Of a DNA stretch of 64,000 nt, positions 27,476 through 36,603 are shown piece after piece. Below the pieces are notes generated by a model. It had not been told where the DNA came from, did not search any database, and was given only the letters and a program-made list of their open reading frames with translations. Source of the stretch: Nitrosopumilus sp. (lineage in GTDB: Archaea > Thermoproteota > Nitrososphaeria > Nitrososphaerales > Nitrosopumilaceae); assembly GCA_965218695.1 (NCBI GenBank), contig OZ244651.1:1280001-1344000 (forward strand), written 5' to 3'. Position 1 is the stretch's first letter. Each line of letters opens with the position of its first letter. Position numbers and translations under genes: made by a program.

Positions 27476-29510
27476 TTCTTCTGACCGTCACCACCCCTGC
27501 CATCCCTACTGCTGCCGTGATCACCACAATTATTCCGACATGCCTTGCAGATATGTCGATGGGCTCTGGGCCGTCACGATCCTCTGCAAGCCAGTCAACT
27601 GTCACTGTGCTGTATGCCTCTGAGGCATTCCCGTCTGAGACGATTCTGGCATCTATCCAGTACACTGCGTTCCTGTAAACCTCGATTGACGCATCCCTGT
27701 CCGGCGTGGCAGTTACGGTGCGTACCCTCCCGTCCATGCTGTTGATGACTGAAATCTTTGCAAAGTCCCATTGATCCTGATGATGGACCTCAAAGAGAAG
27801 CCTCTGATTCTCCTGGCTTGTCGATATTGAGCCTGGGGTGTAGTGTACCAGGATCGGGACGCTGTATCTGGCCTGGCCGTGACTTACAACCACCCTTCCC
27901 TCATGATCGCCGAAATCCTCCCCTGCCATACTCATTTTGACATGCAGCATGTTACCGTACCTGGAATGGTCAAATTTTATGGATTCTGATCCCTCAAATT
28001 TTACACTGACGTCATCTGGCATGCCGCCGCCGCCGATTGGCATCATCTCAATCCGATGCTCTGATGTCGTCCTGTATGGCGACATGCTTGTCACAATGTT
28101 TGGTGGCGTAACGATGAGGTTTGCCTCGTAGGCGCCTGCCAGGTTCAGCCTACCACTGCCTGCACCTTGGATGGAAAACTCCGCCCCGTAGGCGTTTGAG
28201 ACCGGCTTGACCGTAGTCATGAGAAGCGACCGTATCTGGCCGTTGTCCAGATCGGGATTCTTTTGAAGGAGCAGTGCTGCTGCCCCGGTTACGTGCGGTG
28301 CTGCATAGCTTGTTCCGCTGGTAATGTTGTACGTTGAGCCGTTCTGCGTGGTATTGATGTATGCCCCCGGAGCCATGATGTCCGGCTTTACGTAGAACGG
28401 GGATACCGGCCCCCTGGAACTAAAATGCACTACAAAGTCTGGATTGTAAAAGAGGTGCATCGTTCCATTGCTGTCTGTCCTCTCCCTGATCTCAAGCCCA
28501 TCCTCTCTGTCTATTGATACCACCGGAATCCTTGGCTCGTACCCCGGTTCGATAAACTCGTGAATCAGCTCCCCCAGGAACAATCCCGACTCGTTGTTGT
28601 ACACAATCAGGGCCTTTGCCCCCGCATCTGCAGCGTTCTTCTCCTTTATTGAAAAGTACAGCATCTGGCCTTCCACGTCGCTTCCCCTCTCCACCAGCAC
28701 TATGGAGTCCTCCTCCACCCCGCCCTCCAGATCCGTGCTTTTCCCATACCCGCCAAAGACTATCTCTTCGGTGATCGGCTCATCAAGCGTGGGAGATCCC
28801 ACCATTGGGATCACGGTATACTGTTCCTCGCCTATCTCCAGCGTTGCAACAAGACTTGTCGTAATGTTGTTGTATGTGGCGCCAACAGTCAGGGCGTTGA
28901 TGCTCCTTCCGGGACTTCCGATGGTCTCAGGCTCCGGCCCGTCGTTTCCTGCTGCCACCACCACAAGGACGCCGTTTTCAACTGCCTGGTTCACTGCGCG
29001 GTCAATCTTCGTATTTGTGCTGTTCACCCCAAGGCTGATGTTTATTATGTCTGCCCCGTCCTCAACTGCCATGCCTATGGCCCTAACGATAAGATCCGAT
29101 GATACGCCCTCGCCGTCCTCTGATACCTTGTATGCAAGAATTCGTGCCTTGGGGGCGATTCCGACCAGCTTCCCGTCTGCTGCAATTATTCCGGCAACCT
29201 GGGTTCCATGACCGCTGGTATCCAACGGAGGCGTGTCTTGCTGTATAAAGTTGTGTCCTCCGACCACCTTTCCGTCCTTGCCCCAACCTGCCAGATCTGG
29301 ATGATTAAAGTCGACCCCCGTGTCAATCACTGCCACCGTGATTCCGGCACCGTCAATTCCGTCCGTCCTTGGAATGTCTGTTCCTATGTGTGGGGCGCTG
29401 TTCTCCAGATATGTCCTGCCCTGGTCGTCCCAGTCTGGAACCAGTTCAAAAAGTATGATGCCTGCCGGGAACGTGAGGATCAAAACGAAGAACAGGATTC
29501 TCATATGCAC
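27453..29510 (-). CDS. Subtilisin-like S8 serine peptidase with PA domain, membrane anchored
   Basis: VAVIDTG, HGTQVAG, AAGNDG, GTSYAAPHV; N- and C-terminal hydrophobic segments. Confidence 0.92.
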   Translation of the reverse strand: MHMRILFFVLILTFPAGIILFELVPDWDDQGRTYLENSAPHIGTDIPRTDGIDGAGITVAVIDTGVDFNHPDLAGWGKDGKVVGGHNFIQQDTPPLDTSGHGTQVAGIIAADGKLVGIAPKARILAYKVSEDGEGVSSDLIVRAIGMAVEDGADIINISLGVNSTNTKIDRAVNQAVENGVLVVVAAGNDGPEPETIGSPGRSINALTVGATYNNITTSLVATLEIGEEQYTVIPMVGSPTLDEPITEEIVFGGYGKSTDLEGGVEEDSIVLVERGSDVEGQMLYFSIKEKNAADAGAKALIVYNNESGLFLGELIHEFIEPGYEPRIPVVSIDREDGLEIRERTDSNGTMHLFYNPDFVVHFSSRGPVSPFYVKPDIMAPGAYINTTQNGSTYNITSGTSYAAPHVTGAAALLLQKNPDLDNGQIRSLLMTTVKPVSNAYGAEFSIQGAGSGRLNLAGAYEANLIVTPPNIVTSMSPYRTTSEHRIEMMPIGGGGMPDDVSVKFEGSESIKFDHSRYGNMLHVKMSMAGEDFGDHEGRVVVSHGQARYSVPILVHYTPGSISTSQENQRLLFEVHHQDQWDFAKISVINSMDGRVRTVTATPDRDASIEVYRNAVYWIDARIVSDGNASEAYSTVTVDWLAEDRDGPEPIDISARHVGIIVVITAAVGMAGVVTVRRTTAAMKG

Positions 29511-29651
29511 CCTGATGCGCCTACTGGTAAAAACGTATAATGCCCGTACCCGACGCGACTGATTCTGCCGGCACGCCTCCCAATCTGCCCTGTATCGTAT
29601 CCGGCAGTCCCTTTACTAAACCAATAAATGGAATAGGCTTTCAAAACCCCC

Positions 29652-30272
29652 ATGGGAAAATACACGCTTCCTGAAATGCCCTATGCATACGACGCGCTAG
29701 AGCCACACATTGATGCACGAACCATGGAGATTCACCATACAAAGCATCATCAGACATACACTGACAAACTGAATGCGGCCCTTGATACATGCCCTGCTGA
29801 GATTCAAGAGAAGGACATCCTCGAGATTCTTTCTGATATCGACTCAGTTCCGCAAGACAAGAGGGGTGCAATCAACTTCAACGGCGGTGGTTACGACAAC
29901 CATAGGTTGTTTTGGAACAACATGAAGCCAAACGGAGGCGGGGAGCCAGGAGGATCAATTGCAGATGCAATCAACGATTCCTTTGGAAGCTTTTCTGACT
30001 TCAAGGAGAAGTTCTCATCCACTACGGCAGTAATCCAGGGAAGTGGCTGGGGATGGTTGGTATACAATCCTTCATCTGAAAAGGTGGAGTACAAGTCAAT
30101 GCCAAACCAGACCAGTCCAAGAACCGAGGGATTGGTGCCACTACTGGGATGCGATGTCTGGGAACATGCATACTATCTCAACTACCAGAACAAGAGACCA
30201 GTATACATTGCAGCCTGGTGGAACGTCGTAAACTGGGACGAAGTGGAAAGCAGATTCTCAAAGGCCAAGTAA
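29652..30272 (+). CDS. sod: Fe/Mn superoxide dismutase
   Basis: [24 protein letters not shown]. Confidence 0.97.
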   Translation: MGKYTLPEMPYAYDALEPHIDARTMEIHHTKHHQTYTDKLNAALDTCPAEIQEKDILEILSDIDSVPQDKRGAINFNGGGYDNHRLFWNNMKPNGGGEPGGSIADAINDSFGSFSDFKEKFSSTTAVIQGSGWGWLVYNPSSEKVEYKSMPNQTSPRTEGLVPLLGCDVWEHAYYLNYQNKRPVYIAAWWNVVNWDEVESRFSKAK

Positions 30273-30274
30273 CA

Positions 30275-30299
30275 TTTCAATTTTTAATTTTTTATTTGT
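30275..30299 (+). terminator. Oligo-T terminator after sod
   Basis: TTTCAATTTTTAATTTTTTATTTGT immediately after the stop codon. Confidence 0.5.
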
Positions 30300-30504
30300 C
30301 TGGGCGTGGTTCAGCCCGGACGACCATGCAAATGCCGGCACCCTTGCATCCGCACGGCCTGCCGGTGGCAGTTCGGTTGTGCATGTGACTTACCTGAAGC
30401 GGCCGTCTCCTGTTGCCCATTCAGATTGCACACAAAACCGGGCATGATTACCAATGCATAAACAAATCTTGGATCCTCGCAATCTGGTCCGGCGGACACT
30501 TCCT

Positions 30505-31796
30505 CAGTCTTCCCAGAAGTACCTGAAAACAGCCCAAAATCAAAACAGATCAATTAGGGCAATCTCAGAAGGTCATCGAACTACCAATGAACCAACTGAG
30601 ACGCGACTTGCTTAACAACCCACGCATATATCAAGATGTTCTGGACACGGTAGGGGCAGGCATGTCCCCGTGCATCATGGTCTCACACAGGCACAATGCC
30701 ATCTACGGCACCGAGGATTTTCACAGAAGCATGGCAGGCGCATGTGCGCACGGCAGGCAGGTGGCCGGATGCACCAGGTCCTCCAAGAGAATCGGCGGTG
30801 CAGACGGGGACTCACGCCCAAGTGATGAGTGGATGCGCGATGCGGCATCCCGGACGCGTGGCAGCGACGTCTACAAATGCTTTGCCAAGACAGTCGTCCT
30901 GCAGCTTGACCAGATGCGCAAGATGAGACTGCTCAAGAAAGACCAGGAGATTGACTTGGCAATCGACATGCACCTGATACCCAGATACGACAAGAGCTAC
31001 GGGGCAGAACTGGTGCGCTCAAAGGCCAAGGACGGGACACACGTCTTTGAGAGGTACATCACGATACAGTCCACGGTTCAGAACCTTCGCCTCGTGTTAG
31101 GCGTCCTGAACATGCCGTCACTTGAGGATACTGCCGATTTCGTGCGTAAAATCATCGGCTCTGCACGGGACGTGGGGGCCTGCATCGGAATGGCGATGCT
31201 GGACAGGGAGTTCTTTACGGCAGACGTAATGGGGACGCTTGGGGACATGGGCATCAAATATCTGATACCATGCAAGAATACGGATACTGTGGTGGATGCC
31301 ATCGCAGAGTTTGCTACAGGCAGGCGCGGCCGCGTCTCCAAATCCGTCATCGTCGGGGGAGATGGCAGGGAGGTGTCGTATACGATGACCATCACAGAAA
31401 GGAAGAAGAGGAAGAAAAGAAAGGACGACGACGAGCTGCTGCCGCACGAGAAATACATCGGGTTTGCCACCAACGTCCCCGACGTGGATCCGGACTCGTA
31501 CGGGAACAGGTGGGGCATAGAGACTGGATACCGGATGATAGAAAACACAAGGGCCAAGACGCACAGCAAGAACCCGATGGCGCGACTTTTGTGCTTTGTG
31601 TACTCTGTAGCCGTCTTTAACGCTTGGGTAATGGCAAACGCAACGCTGATGCACGTTACCGGGATTTATCCCACGGATCCCCCGATCACCCAACAGGATC
31701 TCAGGGACATGCTGCTGTTGCTGATCGTATTTGGCTACAAAGAGCCGCCGGAGCCCCCGCCGCCGGTGCTACCCTGAGCTACTTCTGGGAAGACTG
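30505..31796 (+). mobile_element. ISH3-family IS, element C (1292 bp)
   Basis: 17-bp perfect IR CAGTCTTCCCAGAAGTA; 5-bp TSD TTCCT at 30500-30504 and 31797-31801. Confidence 0.92.
30587..31777 (+). CDS. ISH3-family DDE transposase
   Basis: LAIDMH, LDREFF, YGNRWGIETGYR. Confidence 0.9.
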   Translation: MNQLRRDLLNNPRIYQDVLDTVGAGMSPCIMVSHRHNAIYGTEDFHRSMAGACAHGRQVAGCTRSSKRIGGADGDSRPSDEWMRDAASRTRGSDVYKCFAKTVVLQLDQMRKMRLLKKDQEIDLAIDMHLIPRYDKSYGAELVRSKAKDGTHVFERYITIQSTVQNLRLVLGVLNMPSLEDTADFVRKIIGSARDVGACIGMAMLDREFFTADVMGTLGDMGIKYLIPCKNTDTVVDAIAEFATGRRGRVSKSVIVGGDGREVSYTMTITERKKRKKRKDDDELLPHEKYIGFATNVPDVDPDSYGNRWGIETGYRMIENTRAKTHSKNPMARLLCFVYSVAVFNAWVMANATLMHVTGIYPTDPPITQQDLRDMLLLLIVFGYKEPPEPPPPVLP

Positions 31797-31810
31797 TTCC
31801 TCCAAATTGA

Positions 31811-31817
31811 TTTATAA
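31811..31817 (+). promoter_or_regulatory. TATA box of pfdA-ftsY-argF
   Basis: TTTATAA, 31 nt before ATG at 31842. Confidence 0.65.
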
Positions 31818-31841
31818 CCATCCAAGACAGGTTTGTTGTCA

Positions 31842-32264
31842 ATGAGCGAGGAACAGGCACAGCATATGATACAACAGATACAGGCACTTGAGACATATTT
31901 TGCGGATCTGACCCAGAGGGAAAGAACATTTCTAAACGTATTGCAGGAAGCTGCAAATGCAATCAAATCCATCAAATCCCTGTCCGAGAAGCCAGGGTCT
32001 GATGCTCTTCTTCCGATTGGAATGGGCGTCTTTGTTCCGGCAAAGGTTTCATCTGACGTCAGAACCGTTCTGAATATTGGTGCCGGCATTACAATGGAAA
32101 AGGATATGGATTCCACGGTAAACTACCTTGAAGCCCGTATCAAGGAGATGGAGGTCGCACTACAGGAGACTGTTGCCGCAAAACAGAACGTGGCCTCACA
32201 ACTAGAGCAAGGAAAGGCGCAGATCAACCAACTAATGCAAGCACCCGTGCCTGGCTCTAAATAA
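31842..32264 (+). CDS. pfdA: Prefoldin alpha subunit
   Basis: Coiled coils flanking LLPIGMGVFV..VLNIGAGI hairpins; upstream of ftsY. Confidence 0.9.
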   Translation: MSEEQAQHMIQQIQALETYFADLTQRERTFLNVLQEAANAIKSIKSLSEKPGSDALLPIGMGVFVPAKVSSDVRTVLNIGAGITMEKDMDSTVNYLEARIKEMEVALQETVAAKQNVASQLEQGKAQINQLMQAPVPGSK

Positions 32265-32266
32265 CC

Positions 32267-33853
32267 ATGTTTGATAAACTTCGCGGCGCCTTTTCCAACG
32301 TAGCAAAGAATCTGAGTGAAAAGGAACTCAATGAAAAGGACATTGAAAAAGTCCTGTTTGATCTGGAGATAGCCCTTATGGAATCTGATGTGGCCATCGA
32401 GGTAATTGACGCACTAAAACTGGATCTGAAGAAAAATCTGGTAGGCTCATCAATTGAGAAGAGCAGTATTGAAAAATTTGTCAAGGACAGTCTAATCTCC
32501 AGCATATCTGAACTGTTTGATGCTGCCGGATATGTTGACCTCTTTGAACAAATCAATGAAAAAAAGAGACGGAATCAGCCGTTCCTGATTCTCTTTGTTG
32601 GGATTAACGGAACTGGAAAGACCACCTCCCTGGCCAAAGTCGCGTACCTCTTGCGGCAGGCAAAATACTCAGTAGTTGTTGCAGCATCTGACACCTTCAG
32701 GGCAGGCGCGATCGAGCAGCTGCGTGGACACATGAATCGCCTTAACATAAAACTCGTCGCACAGAATTACAATTCGGATCCTGCAGCTGTGGCAAGGGAC
32801 GCAGTATTGTATGCCAAGTCACACAAGACTGACTGCGTACTGATTGATACCGCAGGAAGAATGCAGACAAACCAAAACCTGATGGAGCAGATTGCAAAAA
32901 TTACCAAGGTCGTAAACCCCGACATGAAGATCTTTGTAGGTGATTCGCTAGCCGGCAACGATACTGTCAATCAGGCACGTGAATTCTTCGGTCACACAAA
33001 ATTCAACGGCTCAATTCTAACCAAGAGTGACGCAGATGCACGTGGTGGTGCCGCACTATCCATTGTAAAGGTCACTTCAACACCTGTAATGTACGTGGGC
33101 GTGGGTCAGGAGTATCCTGATCTAAAACCCTTTGACAAGAAAACTTTCCTAGAGACTGTTTTTGGCTCGATTGATGATGTCGTGATGGGTACTGCCGCAC
33201 ACTCAAAACCTGAACCGGAACCCACACCGGAACCAGAACCCCTTGAGCCAGCCGTCAAACTTGAGCCAGAACCCGCACCCACACCAGAACCCGCACCCAC
33301 ACCAGAACCCCTTGAGCCAGCCGTCAAACTTGAGCCAGAACCCGCACCCACACCAGAACCCCTTGAGCCAGCCGTCAAACTTGAGCCAGAACCCGCACCC
33401 ACACCAGAACCCCTTGAGCCAGCCGTCAAACTTGAGCCAGAACCCGCACCCACACCAGAACCCCTTGAGCCAGCCGTCAAACTTGAGCCAGAACCCGCAC
33501 CCACACCAGAACCCCTTGAGCCAGCCGTCAAGTCAGAACCAGTCAAGCCCGAACTAGCAGAACCAATCCAACAATCTGAACCTGCAGATCCATTTGCGGG
33601 AATTTCTGATGATGATATTGCATCCTACTCTGATCTGTTTGATGTGCCTCCGCCTGAAAACGACGGCGAGGCCATCATCTTGGCAGGACGTATTCGTGCA
33701 TGGATTAAAAATGGCAGATTAGATCCTGCAGAATCACAAATTGATGAAAAACATGACCAGATTCGGGACGAGACGCCGGATCCTGCCCAGAATGATGCCC
33801 AAAAGGAAAAATCTAAAAAGAAGCGAGGCATGTTTGGATTGTTTAAAAAATGA
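32267..33853 (+). CDS. ftsY: SRP receptor FtsY with Pro/Glu-rich C-terminal extension
   Basis: GINGTGKTT, DTFRAGA, DTAGR, TKSD..ARGG, GVGQ. Confidence 0.95.
   Translation: MFDKLRGAFSNVAKNLSEKELNEKDIEKVLFDLEIALMESDVAIEVIDALKLDLKKNLVGSSIEKSSIEKFVKDSLISSISELFDAAGYVDLFEQINEKKRRNQPFLILFVGINGTGKTTSLAKVAYLLRQAKYSVVVAASDTFRAGAIEQLRGHMNRLNIKLVAQNYNSDPAAVARDAVLYAKSHKTDCVLIDTAGRMQTNQNLMEQIAKITKVVNPDMKIFVGDSLAGNDTVNQAREFFGHTKFNGSILTKSDADARGGAALSIVKVTSTPVMYVGVGQEYPDLKPFDKKTFLETVFGSIDDVVMGTAAHSKPEPEPTPEPEPLEPAVKLEPEPAPTPEPAPTPEPLEPAVKLEPEPAPTPEPLEPAVKLEPEPAPTPEPLEPAVKLEPEPAPTPEPLEPAVKLEPEPAPTPEPLEPAVKSEPVKPELAEPIQQSEPADPFAGISDDDIASYSDLFDVPPPENDGEAIILAGRIRAWIKNGRLDPAESQIDEKHDQIRDETPDPAQNDAQKEKSKKKRGMFGLFKK
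33239..33531 (+). repeat. Intragenic 51-bp tandem repeat (5 full units, one extra 18-bp sub-unit, one partial unit)
   Basis: Unit CCCCTTGAGCCAGCCGTCAAACTTGAGCCAGAACCCGCACCCACACCAGAA encodes PLEPAVKLEPEPAPTPE. Confidence 0.92.
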
Positions 33854-34773
33854 ATCTCAAAACAAAGGATCTGCTTACTCTGGCAGAACTGACCCCCAAG
33901 GAGCTCTCATCACTACTGGAACATTCCATCCGGATCAAAAAAGAACTGAAGGACGGCCGGCTCAAACCGGTCCTAAAGGGCAAGGTACTGGCCATGATCT
34001 TTCAAAAACCCTCTACCAGAACACGCATAAGCTTTGAAACGGGAATGTATCATCTGGGCGGGTATGCAATAAACCTCTCACCAGACGAGATGCAGCTGTC
34101 TCGCGGCGAATCCATCGAGGACACTGCCAGGACCATTTCACGATATGCCGACTGCATCATGGCACGCGTTTATGAGCACGAACAGATCAAAGCGCTGTCT
34201 GAGAATGCCGAGATTCCGGTCATCAACGGGCTGTCTGATTCTTTCCATCCGTGCCAGATTCTGGCTGACTTTATGACCATTATGGAGCGAAAGAAGAGGC
34301 TCAAGGGACTGAAGATTGCCTGGATTGGCGATGGCAGCAACGTCTGCAACTCTATGATTTACGGGGCAGCGCTGTCTGGAATCTCCATGTCCATTGCAAC
34401 CCCGCAGGGATTTGAGCCCAGCCCGTCGGTTGTGGCCGAATCTGCAAAATCCACTGATATCACACTTACCAGCGACCCATTTGTCGCAGTCCGGGATGCC
34501 GATGTCGTTGTAACCGATACGTGGTCATCCATCCACAACCATGATCCAAAACGAATCAAAAAATTCTTTCCCAAGTATCAGGTAGACTCCGGACTGATGG
34601 ATTCTGCAGAACCTGATGCAATCTTCATGCACTGTCTTCCTGCCAAGAGGGGGCAGGAGGTGACCCCTGAGGTAATTGATGGCCCGCAGTCGGTAGTCTG
34701 GGACGAGGCCGAGAACCGCCTTCATGCACAGAATGCCCTGCTCTGTTCCATGTTGTTGGAGGCAGAAAGTTGA
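33850..34773 (+). CDS. argF: Ornithine carbamoyltransferase
   Basis: STRTR, HPCQILAD, FMHCLP. Confidence 0.96.
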   Translation: MNLKTKDLLTLAELTPKELSSLLEHSIRIKKELKDGRLKPVLKGKVLAMIFQKPSTRTRISFETGMYHLGGYAINLSPDEMQLSRGESIEDTARTISRYADCIMARVYEHEQIKALSENAEIPVINGLSDSFHPCQILADFMTIMERKKRLKGLKIAWIGDGSNVCNSMIYGAALSGISMSIATPQGFEPSPSVVAESAKSTDITLTSDPFVAVRDADVVVTDTWSSIHNHDPKRIKKFFPKYQVDSGLMDSAEPDAIFMHCLPAKRGQEVTPEVIDGPQSVVWDEAENRLHAQNALLCSMLLEAES

Positions 34774-34825
34774 AGGCGACCCATCCAACGGCATGCTTTC
34801 CACATGAAATCGACACCACTACCGA

Positions 34826-36072
34826 CAGCTAAGCGAAATGTGCTTTGATCTAGGCAAAATCTGACAAGAATGCAAGCAGATCAATAAGGGTACGGCCCTA
34901 TGGTTTTTGTTGTCTAGACAAAAAACCAAGCAGGGCCGCGATCTACTGAACAATCCAAGAATATATCAAGATGTCGCAAGCGGCATGAAAAACATGCTTG
35001 CCTGCGCCAACACGTCAAACAGGTACAATGCGGTATTTGGAACAGACGATCTAAATCACGGCATGCTGAGGGGAGCCACCATGGATTCGTCCGTAGGCGG
35101 GTGCGCAAACGCGGTAAAGCGCACGCACTGCGACGCTCCCTCCGACAGGTGGCATGCATCGGCAATCAAGGGGATGGAGCAGGGCACGGTTCAGCGCGCA
35201 TTCGAAGAAATGGTGGCAGTGCAACTTGACACATTCAAAAAACTGGGCAAATTCCCAAAAGAAGGACTGGACATCGCAATCGACATGCACCTCATACCGC
35301 GTTATGACCGGGCACCCGGAGGGGAGCTGACCCGTTCCAAATACAAAAACGGAACCACGTATTTTGAGCGTTACATGACAGTCCAGTGCGTAAACGACAA
35401 GATGCGCATGGTCCTTGCAGCATCATACCTCAAAAGGCTCGAATTCGTGCCTGATTACGTGGATGCAGTCCTCAAGACCATGGCAGGGATGGGCATCAGG
35501 ATCCGCCTGGCGCTGCTTGACCGGGAATTCTTCTCAGTCGACACGATAAGCAGGCTGCGGGCAAACGGCGTAAGGTACCTGATGCCGTGCAGGAACACGC
35601 CCAACGTGGTGGAAGCCCTGCAGGATTTTGCACAAGGAAAGAGGGAAAGGATCTCAACAAACGTGATTGAGAACAACCAGGGCTCCGTCGAATATTCCAT
35701 GATAATAACTGAAAGAAAAAACGCCAAAGACCCTGATGTCCCGGAAGAGAAATACATCGGGTTTGCAACAAACCACCCCACAATCAAGACGGAGGCTTAT
35801 GCCAAAAGATGGGGAATAGAGACCGGGTACGGTAAAATCGAGGAGTGCAGGGCCAAGACGCGGATTTCGGACATGGAATCGCGGATGTTGTGTTTTTACT
35901 ATTCCCTAACATTGTACAATGAATGGATAATCGTCAGGGCAATGCTTTCTGACGGTACCGAAAGGCAGAGTGTCATGACCATGCTCACGTTCAAGGTGCA
36001 GTTGGAATCACTCCTCATACGCCAGTCCAAACCGCCTACCTGATCTCAGATGAGGCACTTTTCGCTTAGCTG
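34826..36072 (+). mobile_element. ISH3-family IS, element D (1247 bp)
   Basis: IR CAGCTAAGCGAAA(T/A)GTGC, 17/18; 5-bp TSD ACCGA at 34821-34825 and 36073-36077. Confidence 0.92.
34907..36043 (+). CDS. ISH3-family DDE transposase
   Basis: IAIDMH, LDREFFS, YAKRWGIETGY. Confidence 0.9.
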   Translation: MLSRQKTKQGRDLLNNPRIYQDVASGMKNMLACANTSNRYNAVFGTDDLNHGMLRGATMDSSVGGCANAVKRTHCDAPSDRWHASAIKGMEQGTVQRAFEEMVAVQLDTFKKLGKFPKEGLDIAIDMHLIPRYDRAPGGELTRSKYKNGTTYFERYMTVQCVNDKMRMVLAASYLKRLEFVPDYVDAVLKTMAGMGIRIRLALLDREFFSVDTISRLRANGVRYLMPCRNTPNVVEALQDFAQGKRERISTNVIENNQGSVEYSMIITERKNAKDPDVPEEKYIGFATNHPTIKTEAYAKRWGIETGYGKIEECRAKTRISDMESRMLCFYYSLTLYNEWIIVRAMLSDGTERQSVMTMLTFKVQLESLLIRQSKPPT

Positions 36073-36086
36073 ACCGACGCTTAACG

Positions 36087-36094
36087 TATATAAG
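36087..36094 (+). promoter_or_regulatory. TATA box of the rpl18-secY operon
   Basis: TATATAAG, 34 nt before ATG at 36121. Confidence 0.65.
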
Positions 36095-36120
36095 AGCTGG
36101 TTCAAACTCGATTCCTATAG

Positions 36121-36603
36121 ATGACCTATTCAAAAGTACTGAGAAGACTCAGGAATCAAAAAACCAACTATAAAAAGCGTGGCACCATGCTCATGGGCAA
36201 GCGCGATTTCATCACCGTAAACATTACCAATCAAAACACCCAGGTTCAGATTCTCAAGCCGGGAATCGCCGGCGACGTGGTTATTGCATCTGCACACTCT
36301 AGATCACTGCTGGAGAGGGGTTGGAAGGGCTCTAGAAAGAACATACCTGCAGCATACCTGACAGGCTACCTTGCAGGCAAGAAGGCGCTACTCCTGGGTG
36401 CAAAGGATGCCATTCTTTACACTGGAACCAGAAGATATACCCAGAGAATGGCCGCAGCCCTAAAGGGAGTAATTGATGCAGGCCTTGAGGTGCCTGCTGA
36501 TGCAGAGACATTCCCGCCGACGGAGAGAATCAACGGGGATCACCTGACTGTAAAGAACGAGGTTTTACAGGTTAAATCTACCATCGACGGTGGGGCTGGA
36601 TAG
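36121..36603 (+). CDS. rpl18: Ribosomal protein L18
   Basis: KTNYKKR, AAYLTGYLAG, GVIDAGLEVP. Confidence 0.94.
   Translation: MTYSKVLRRLRNQKTNYKKRGTMLMGKRDFITVNITNQNTQVQILKPGIAGDVVIASAHSRSLLERGWKGSRKNIPAAYLTGYLAGKKALLLGAKDAILYTGTRRYTQRMAAALKGVIDAGLEVPADAETFPPTERINGDHLTVKNEVLQVKSTIDGGAG

Noticed and set aside
33239-33531. Regular repeats that could be mistaken for a CRISPR array
   Set aside because: Head-to-tail units without unique spacers, in frame within ftsY; no cas genes in the window
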